Shown piece after piece: positions 55,231-64,000 of a stretch of DNA of 64,000 nucleotides (position 1 is its first letter; every line of letters starts with the position of its first letter). The notes beneath the pieces are model-generated. The model was not told where the DNA came from and searched no databases. It saw only the letters and a list, made by a program, of their open reading frames with translations. The stretch is from NCBI GenBank assembly GCA_951406725.2, contig OX597824.1, forward strand, positions 31,496,001-31,560,000. The letters run 5' to 3'. A program made the translations under genes and the position numbers. The DNA is from Octopus vulgaris. Lineage: Eukaryota.

Positions 55231-55270
55231 AAAACTGTCCGACGAACGGGAACGTGAAACTCTGAGTAAC
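55231..55270 (+). ncRNA. Second hammerhead motif copy at the element 3' end
   Basis: aaaactgtCCGACGAacgggaacgtGAAActctgagTAac, with near-palindromic stem III actc-t-gagt. Similarity to the first copy stops 2 nt after the predicted cleavage site. Confidence 0.6.
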
Positions 55271-55405
55271 TGCATCTGAGAATATTTTATGTTAATGGTT
55301 TTTGTAAGTTAAGAGTGTTTGAAAACCAGCAGCAAATGTCCTCTCTATTTCATTTGTATTGAACTTTTTTTTTAATTTTAGATAAGTCTCACATAACTAT
55401 TGAAG

Positions 55406-55612
55406 ATGCTTGTTCGTCACACATACTCAGGGCTAACATTAACAGGTATAATGCATTTGGTCCTTGGGGGTTTTTGTTTTGCTTCTTCACTGGTTGCCTT
55501 CAATACAAAGCGTTGGTTTGGCAGACAAGTACTCTATTCACCCTACTATGGAGTCAACACTGAAGAGCTGCCCTACATATCTGCCGTATTTGGATGTATT
55601 GCAAGCCTGTGG
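55406..55612 (+). CDS. Gene B (CD20/MS4A-like tetraspan) first coding exon: MLVRHTYSGLTLTGIMHLVLGGFCFASSLVAF...ISAVFGCIASLW
   Basis: Acceptor ttttag at 55381, ATG at 55406, tgg|gtaagt donor. 207 nt. TM1 GIMHLVLG resembles the MS4A G..QI..G pattern. Confidence 0.85.
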
Positions 55613-55740
55613 GTAAGTATTGACATTCTTTGTAACAGTTGCATATTGATCAAAGATATATTGATTTCCAAGTTTAGCACAAGGCTAGTTCAGGGGATGA
55701 GGTAAGTCAATTACTTAGCCCCAGTGCTCAACTGGTATCA

Positions 55741-55975
55741 AGGCGGCGAGCTGGCAGAAACGTTAGCACGCCGGGCGAAATGCTTAGCGGTATTTCGTCT
55801 GCGTTACGTTATGAGTTCAAATTCCGCCGAGGTCGACTTTGCCTTTCATCCTTTCGGGGTCGATAAATTAAGTACCAGTTACGCACTGGGGTCGATGTAA
55901 TCGACTTAATACCTATGTCTGTCCTTGTTTATCCCCTCTGTGTTTAGCCCCTTGTGGGTAATAAAGAAATAGGTA
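55741..55975 (+). mobile_element. tRNA-derived SINE nested in an older copy of the same type
   Basis: ggcggcgagctggcagaaacgttagc...gagttcaaattccgcc (B box). The flanks 55705-55740 and 55976-56110 are a degenerate inverted copy. Confidence 0.85.
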
Positions 55976-56787
55976 TCTATGTTATCAACCATGAAAGAAT
56001 GAAAGACAAAGATGACCTCAGCAGAATCTGAACTCAGAATGTAAAGATGGACAAAAGGCCGCTCAGTATTTTGCTGGGTATGCTAACAATTCTGCCAGCT
56101 GGCCACCTTACACTGATCAAAGTTATATTGCAATAAATATTTTCACTTCTTACTGTTAATAATCATGGCAAAATATTTAAGGACTATTAACCTGAGCCCT
56201 TTCAATTTTTTACTTTGTAAATTATGACATCACTTTTCAAACTATTTCATCAATTGTCATCCGGTGCCAAAATTGGGTGGAGTTTTTTTTTTTGTTTTTG
56301 TGGGGTTTTTTTTTTTGTTTTGTTTTTGTGGGTTTTTTTTTAAAACCTGAACAAGAAATAAAGAGTTAATTTCTGATGGCAGAGATCAACTCTTTTAAAC
56401 TTAATGTTTTATCCGTTTCATTCAAATATGATAAAAATGGTTCAAAAGTTTCAGAATTTTTCACAGAATAAAGAGTATTGGACATAAACAAGATACTCAG
56501 AATTGCCCAGGAGACAAAGTGGACAGTTGGTAGCCAATTTGTTGAATGCTGATAATTGTAATTCTGCATAAATTTAGTATTTCAAACAATGTATATAATA
56601 TTTGTAACACAAGTCCATGATCATTTTTACCTCTTAAAATTTTACTTATATTTCATTAACTTACAATAAAAGGAATTAACAGAATGATTTATTACTTTAT
56701 AAACTGGCCTTCACCAGTAATAAATATAGACTGCTCTACTTCTTAGAGTGAGCTTCTTCGCCGGATATATGTTTTTCTAAAAAGATT

Positions 56788-59325
56788 GTGTGTGTGTAAT
56801 GTATGTATGTAATGTATGTATGTAATGTAATGTAATGTATGTATGTATGTAATGTATGTAATGTAATGTATGTATGTAATGTATATATGTAATGTATGTA
56901 TGTATGTAATGTAATGTATGTAATGTAATGTATGTATGTAATGTATGTATGTAATATATGTGTGTAATGTATGTATGTATGTAATGTATATATGTATGTA
57001 ATGTATGTAATGTAATGTATGTAATGTAATGTATATATGTATGTATGTATGTATGTAATGTATGTATGTATGTAATGTATGTATGTATGTAATGTATGTA
57101 TGTAATGTAATGTATGTATGGTAATGTATGTATGTAATGTATGTATGTATGTATGTAATGTAATGTATGTATGTAATGTATGTAATGTAATGTAATGTAT
57201 GTAATGTATGTATGTAATGTATGTAATGTAATGTATGTATGTAATGTATGTATGTATGTAATGTAATGTATGTATGTAATGTATGTATGTAATGTATGTA
57301 TGTAATGTAATGTATGTATGTAATGTATGTATGTAATGTAATGTATGTAATGTAATGTATGTATGTAATGTATGTATGTAATGTATGTATGTATGTAATG
57401 TATGTATGTATGTAATGTATGTATGTAATGTAATGTATGTATGTAAGTATGTATGTAATGTATGTAATGTATGTATGTAATGTATGTATGTAACGTATGT
57501 ATGTATGTAATGTATATATGTAATGTATATAATGTATGTATGTATGTATGTAATGTATGTATGTATGTAATGTAATGTAAGGTAATGTATGTAATGTATG
57601 TATTTAATGTATGTATGTATATATGTAATGTATGTTTATAATGTATGTATGTATGTATGTATGTATGTATGCAATGTGTGTAATGTATGTATGTAATGTA
57701 TGTATGTAATGTATGTATGTATGTAATGTATGTATGTAATGTATGTAATGTAATGTATGTATGTAATGTATGTAATGTAATGTATGTATGTAATGTATGT
57801 ATGTAATGTATGTATGTAATGTATGTATGTAATGTAATGTATGTATGTAATGTATGTATGTAATGTATGTATGTATGTATGTAATGTAATGTATGTATGT
57901 AATGTATGTATGTATGTAATGTAATGTATGTAATGTAATGTATGTATGTAATGTAATGTAATGTATGTATGTATGTAATGTAATGTATGTAATGTAATGT
58001 ATGTATGTAATGTATATATGTAATGTATGTATGTATGTAATGTAATGTATGTAATGTAATGTATGTATGTAATGTATGTATGTAATATATGTGTGTAATG
58101 TATGTATGTATGTAATGTATATATGTATGTAATGTATGTAATGTAATGTATGTAATGTAATGTATGTAATGTAATGTATATATGTATGTATGTATGTAAT
58201 GTATGTATGTATGTAATGTAATGTATGTATGTATGTAATGTATGTATGTAATGTAATGTATGTATGTAAGGTAATGTATGTAATGTATGTATGTAATGTA
58301 TGTATTTAATGTATGTATGTATATATGTAATGTATGTTTATAATGTATGTATGTATGTATGTATGTATGCAATGTGTGTAATGTATGTATGTATGTAATG
58401 TATGTATGTAATGTATGTATGTATGTATGTAATGTAATGTATGTATGTAATGTATGTAATGTAATGTAATGTATGTAATGTATGTATGTAATGTATGTAA
58501 TGTAATGTATGTATGTAATGTATGTATGTAATGTATGTATGTATGTAATGTAATGTATGTATGTAATGTATGTATGTAATGTATGTATGTAATGTATGTA
58601 ATGTAATGTATGTATGTAATGTATGTATGTATGTAATGTAATGTATGTAATGTAATGTATGTATGTAATGTATGTATGTAATGTATGTATGTATGTAATG
58701 TATGTAATGTATGTATGTAAGTATGTATGTAATGTATGTAATGTATGTATGTAATGTATGTATGTAATGTATGTATGTAACGTATGTATGTATGTAATGT
58801 ATATAATGTATGTATGTAATGTATGTATGTAATGTATGTATGTAATGTAATGTATGTATGTAAGGTAATGTATGTAATGTATGTATGTAATGTATGTATT
58901 TAATGTATGTATGTATATATGTAATGTATGTTTATAATGTATGTATGTATGTATGTATGCAATGTGTGTAATGTATGTATGTAATGTATGTATGTAATGT
59001 ATGTATGTAATGTAATGTATGTATGTAATGTATGTAATGTAATGTATGTATGTAATGTATGTAATGTAATGTATGTATGTAATGTATGTATGTAATGTAT
59101 GTATGTAATGTATGTATGTAATGTATGTATGTATGTAATGTATGTATGTATGTAATGTAATGTATGTATGTAAGTATGTATGTAATGTATGTAATGTATG
59201 TATGTAATGTATGTATGTAATGTATGTATGTAACATGTATATATGTAATGTATATAATGTATGTATGTAATGTATGTATGTATGTATGTATGTATGTAAT
59301 GTATGTATGTATGTAATGCATGTAT
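56788..59325. repeat. 2.5-kb compound (TATG)/(TAATG) satellite in gene B intron
   Basis: Directly visible. Source of the 859-aa YIHT ORF. Confidence 0.95.
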
Positions 59326-60074
59326 AGAAATATAAACAGGTAATGTTTCTGGCCACTTTAACATGACTGTTCCATATGGAGCAACGTTATTACTATTTTT
59401 TAACCCCAGGAGAACAGTTGGTAAATGACACAACCTGTGTCCAATATAGCAGGGCAGCAAACCCCAACCATCTAGTGATTTGACAGGACCAGTAGACCAG
59501 CCTGGTTTCAGAGTATTTGCTCCTCCTCAGTACTGAACACCTGTCTGCTAATGGCAGCCATTCACCCCAGCTCGCAATATATAAAAAAGTAAGCGACATT
59601 CAGCTGCTGATCTTACAACATGCAAAGTAGCTAGTTCTTGCATCTCTATTAGAGATGTAAGTAGTAACTCTGCTGAAAAGTGATGTTTGTTGCCACTTCA
59701 ACATGGCTATTTGGTATGGAACGACATCGTTAACCAGCTGAACCCTGAGGTTGAAAAATAATAGTAACGTCATTCTGTATGGAATAGACAATGCTGAAAT
59801 GGCAACAAACATTTCTTTTCAAACTCAAAAATACACACACACAATAGCTCATCACAGCACATAACACCGCTAACACCACAAGTTATCGACAAGTGTAGGT
59901 AAACAAAAGAAGTGGTTATATTCTTGCTGAAGCTATGGGAACATGGGATATAAGACTAAAAGATATTCTTTTGTATTTGTTTCTATTTCTAAACATACGT
60001 TTTTTTTTATAAACTTCATATTTGTTTGATTTTATTATGTTTTATATTATTATATGACATTTATATGATTTTAG

Positions 60075-60146
60075 GTTATGGTAGTTGGGATATTTGGAAT
60101 GATTGTTGGTAAAAATTCAATCTCACCAATTCACTCTATGAAACTG
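60075..60146 (+). CDS. Gene B exon: VMVVGIFGMIVGKNSISPIHSMKL
   Basis: ttttag acceptor and gtaaat donor. 72 nt, phase 0. Completes TM2 (W-x-x-x-x-G-I-x-G). Confidence 0.85.
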
Positions 60147-61009
60147 GTAAATATTTCTACAATTATTAATCCTTTCTATTCAAATGTTCAAAATATTTGA
60201 AGTTTAATTAAAGTGTGAAAGTTATTGAAATGGCTGTATAATTATATACATATTGACTATATCCACTTAAAGCTAGTAACACAGTAGAAATTTCTTATAT
60301 TCATCTGGTCTTTCATTAGTAGACCTCATACTTGACAGAAACAATAAGCACTAATATATTGCAAACAAATGAGGCATCTATCCATGGTTGGTTGATGTAT
60401 TAAAAGTAGCTGTCACATCACAATCTATTACCTTTAAAAATGAAGGACACATTGGTTAAAATAGCCCTAGGTATACTGAAAACTATATGGTCATGCTGAA
60501 TAGTGATGTTAGAGCACCTTTCATGATATATCTGTTAGATCATGGCTGACCTGAAGTTAGACAACTACTAATGCTTAATATAAATATCAAGTCATTAAGA
60601 ATGAAATGTCCAATTTCGAACTAAAAGTTTATTTTACTTTATCTCAACAGAAAGCAATGTAGTTAATCAAAGTATGCACCTAAATTATCAATACAATTTT
60701 GCCATTTTATCAATAGCTTATTTATGCCAGCAGTGAAGAATTCTGGAGAACAAGAGGTGGCACATATAAAGCACCATTTGAGCGTGGACGTTGGCAGTAC
60801 CACTTGACTGGCCCTCATGCCAGTGGCACATAAAAGCACCCACTACACTCTCGGAGTGGTTGGCATTAGGAAGGGCATCCAGCTGTAGAAACTCTGCCAG
60901 ATTAGATTGGACTGTGGTGCAGCCATCTGGTTCGCCAGACCGCAGTCAAATCATCCAACCCATGCTAGCATGGAAAGTGGACATTAAACAATGATGATGA
61001 TGAAGAGGT

Positions 61010-61942
61010 GATGAAATCTCAAAAGGCTGTTTTTGTATCTTCTTCAGATTTGAAATTTTTTCCTTGCAAAAAGTTGTCTAATGCCTAGAAAATGTGATTG
61101 TCAGTTGGCGCAAAGTCAGGTGAATATGGTGGATGACAGAGTACTTCCAAGTTCAGTTCCTGTAACTTGAGAAGCGTTCTTTGAGCAACATGTGGTCATG
61201 CATTATCTTGCAAGAGAATTGGCCTGTCTGTTGATCAATCTCAGTAGTTTAATTGTGAATTCACTCATCATTTCCTCCAGTTGGTTGATGTATACATCTA
61301 CTGTAATTGACTTACCAGGTCTCATGAAGCTGTAGTGGATGGCACCAGTGCTGGACACCAAACAATAATTAGCTTTTTTGGTAAATATTCTTTTTTTGAT
61401 TGTGTTTTGGTACTTCATCTCTAGCCAACCACCATGCAGAACGCTTGCTATTTTTTAAAAGAATTCATTTTTTATCATGCATAACAATACAATGCAAAAA
61501 TGGTTCACTTTTATGTCGTGACAGCAAAGAGCAGCAAGTTTCAAGATGATGTGTCATTTGATGCTTGTTCAGTTCGTGTGGTACCTACTTGTCCAGCTTC
61601 TTTACCTCCCTGATTTGTTTCAGATAGTCCAATACAGTTGGAATTGAAACATAAAACCTTGCTACTAACTCACATGTAGTTTGAGATTTATCCACTTGTA
61701 CTACAGTTTGCAACTTATCATTATCCACCTTGGTCTCAGGTCTACCACAGGGCTGATTTTCAAGAGTAAAGTCACTCAACAGGAACTTCTCAAACCATCA
61801 ACGTACAATGCACTTATTCGCCACATCTTCACTAAACACCTCATTGATGTTTCGAACTGTCTGGGATGCATTGGTTCCACGACGGGACTCATATTCATAA
61901 ACAACATGAATTTTTTATCTATCCATGGGCTCACAAAAACTG

Positions 61943-61950
<8 letters not shown>
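61010..61950 (-). mobile_element. Degraded mariner transposase
   Basis: DFTLENQPCGRP..VDNDKL...TTCEL...IREVKKLDK, GAIHYSFM.PG.SIT.DVY..QL, HPPYSPDFAPTD. Confidence 0.8.
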
Positions 61951-61989
<39 letters not shown>

Positions 61990-61993
<4 letters not shown>

Positions 61994-62169
61994 CAATTGT
62001 CCATTTTGTGGGTATTTATGTTTGAATACTTTACATAAACACACATCTGTCTCTCTTTCTCTCTTTCTCTCTGTATACACATCCACCCAGAGAAAGAGAG
62101 AAAGAGAGACAGATGTGTGTTTATGTAAAGTATTCAAACATAAATACCCACAAAATGGACAATTGTATG
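61990..62169. repeat. Perfect inverted repeat: 81-bp arms, 18-nt spacer
   Basis: 61990-62070 is the exact reverse complement of 62089-62169. Confidence 0.95.
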
Positions 62170-62270
62170 AACTGACAAAATTAGTCAACACTCCCTGCAC
62201 AATCTCATATACACACAACCATACATGCACACAGTCACATACAAATATCTATGTCTGTATGCACACACAT

Positions 62271-62301
<31 letters not shown>

Positions 62302-62386
62302 TACACACACACATGCATATTTATATACATATGCACATAAATATGTTGAAAACAAAAAACTAAAACTCTTTAATATTTCGTTTCAG

Positions 62387-62476
62387 AAAATTACCTATAT
62401 GATCCTTTCCATTTTGTCAGCATCTGTCTTTGCACACACTGGAATTGGTGCTTTTGCTAGCCATGCATTATGGGTT
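62387..62476 (+). CDS. Gene B exon (TM3): KITYMILSILSASVFAHTGIGAFASHALWV
   Basis: tttcag acceptor and gtaagt donor. 90 nt, phase 0. Confidence 0.85.
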
Positions 62477-63910
62477 GTAAGTGTATTTTTAACCAACTGT
62501 TTTCTGAGCTATATACTTAAATTCAAGAACTATAATAAATTGTCTTCTTTGAATTATTGTACACCAATTAATTGCAGTTCTGCTATCCATTCTGTGGGTA
62601 GATAAGTTCATCTGTAAGTGACTAGGAAGAAGGAGAGTAAAAGAATAAAAGATTTTTCCTCTCTGTGTTATCAATTAGAGAAAGTGAAAGTTGTGTAGTC
62701 CTGCAGTGACAAGCCGGGTATTTTTAATCTGTACATTAATTTTTCATCATAATTATAAATTTACTATCATGTTGATAGTTGTGAGTACTGAAAGTTCTAA
62801 GTGAATTGATTCAAGAACTTGGTTCTAATTCCTTGTAGAAATCATTACACATGTTTGTACTCTCTTCAAAAAAGGGCATGATTCCCCCAACTTTTAACAT
62901 CTTCCTTGTAATGGAAGGATTTTATACCAATATTGAACTTTTGACCACCTCTCACTCTTCTCTCAAAAAATTTTGATGGGAAGCATTTGTAGATTGTTAA
63001 ACCCATTTTTTTTTTTTTTTCTTTCATTTAATTAATTTTTTGTTATGGTTTTGTTTGTCTTCAGGGCCTTGTATTTGTGTTCAGACTGTGCATATCACCT
63101 GTTGCTAACCAGTGACTAAATAATTCAAAATTCTGTTTTACAAAATAAAAACTAAATTACAAAACTCATCAAACACCAATTAGCATTAACATTAACTAAC
63201 ATAAAAGACAATGTGGGTACTTTAAAAATTAATTTTAGATATTTGGAATTATGGTGTTATTGTTTGGCTGAAATAGTCAGAATAGATAATCATTTGATGT
63301 TGCAGAACAGTAATATAATCATTAATAATTGGATATTATTACTTCATTTTTTCAATAGTTTCTCTAATAGAAATCCTACAGTTAGAATTATGTGTGTGCA
63401 TTTTATAAACTTCTCTGTAATAATTTCTATAAAACTTTACTTTCCTGAAATTTTCTCTGAGAAACACTGTAATATTTATATGAATTTATATACAAGTTGC
63501 TGGATGTAGAAATGGTAAAATGTCTTACAGAACAGGTAGTGATATTTGGTTATGTTCCTTTAGGTTTTGAGTTCAAATCCTTCCTTAGATCAGCAACTTT
63601 GTTTTTCATCCATCTGAGGCTGATGGAATTAGAACCAGTGAAAGTACTTTAAGTTGACAGGTTGATATAATCGGCTATATCCTTGAAGGTGGTACTCCAG
63701 CATGACCACACTGAAATTACTGAAACTACTAAAACAATAAAAGACTACATTTAAACCATTTTGACATAATGGTTTTAAGAGCAAAATATCAATTTTGCAA
63801 GATTAATTCCCATACCACTAGAAAAGCATGGAAAATAACTTTCTTTGTAACAAGATAATCATATCAGTCACTTTCTTTCCCATTCAACTATTCTTTTTCT
63901 TCTTTTTCAG

Positions 63911-64000
63911 CGTTATCATAATCCAACAAGACTCTATATTTTGTTTAGTCTTGCAGCATTTGCTATGGTTGTGGAATTCGTTTTGTCAATTGTCTCTTCA
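63911..64000 (+). CDS. Gene B exon (TM4), truncated by window: RYHNPTRLYILFSLAAFAMVVEFVLSIVSS
   Basis: Strong polypyrimidine tract plus cag. E-F-x-x-S-I-x-S-S is typical of CD20/MS4A TM4. Confidence 0.85.

Larger units (their letters stand above)
51114..55270 (+). mobile_element. Penelope-like element (RT and GIY-YIG) with pseudo-LTR repeats, degraded
   Basis: RT: FITLK, INPAKTEIG.ISK, QFDIIDFYSS, MRAYDGSELC, LYRNDG. EN: WFNP, CPLEG..L..GIVYRA..YTGSSENSFKTRFYSHKNSF..TSLAKYIW, CDLCLLEK. Direct repeats at 51114-51205 and 55146-55237. Inverted segment 51237-51275 / 52023-52059. Confidence 0.9.

Noticed and set aside
56777-59356. 859-aa ORF, the longest in the track
   Set aside because: Translation of the CATA/CATTA satellite with no protein features.

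Overview
AT-rich, microsatellite- and transposon-dense eukaryotic DNA. The SINE/LINE repertoire suggests an octopod cephalopod (inference, not verified). Most ORFs in the track are microsatellite or transposon artefacts. Reading splice signals by hand gives two tandem, same-strand paralogous genes encoding four-transmembrane CD20/MS4A-like proteins. Gene A has exons 2205-2276, 12978-13058, 15050-15142 and 21716-22381, with its first coding exon upstream of the window. Gene B has exons 55406-55612, 60075-60146, 62387-62476 and 63911->64000, running off the end. Gene A ends in a cytoplasmic tail built from a 48/96-bp minisatellite carrying 10 PPxY motifs. The paralogues share only about 25% amino-acid identity in the 72-nt exon but have an indel-free intron tract about 97% identical. 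The rest is SINEs, R4/Dong, RTE, CR1/L2-like and Penelope retroelements, mariner, hAT, MITEs, non-autonomous Helitrons, a ~2.57-kb tandem duplication and several fold-back repeats. The Penelope element carries hammerhead-ribozyme motifs with a variant core. All alignments were done by eye, so boundaries are approximate unless stated.
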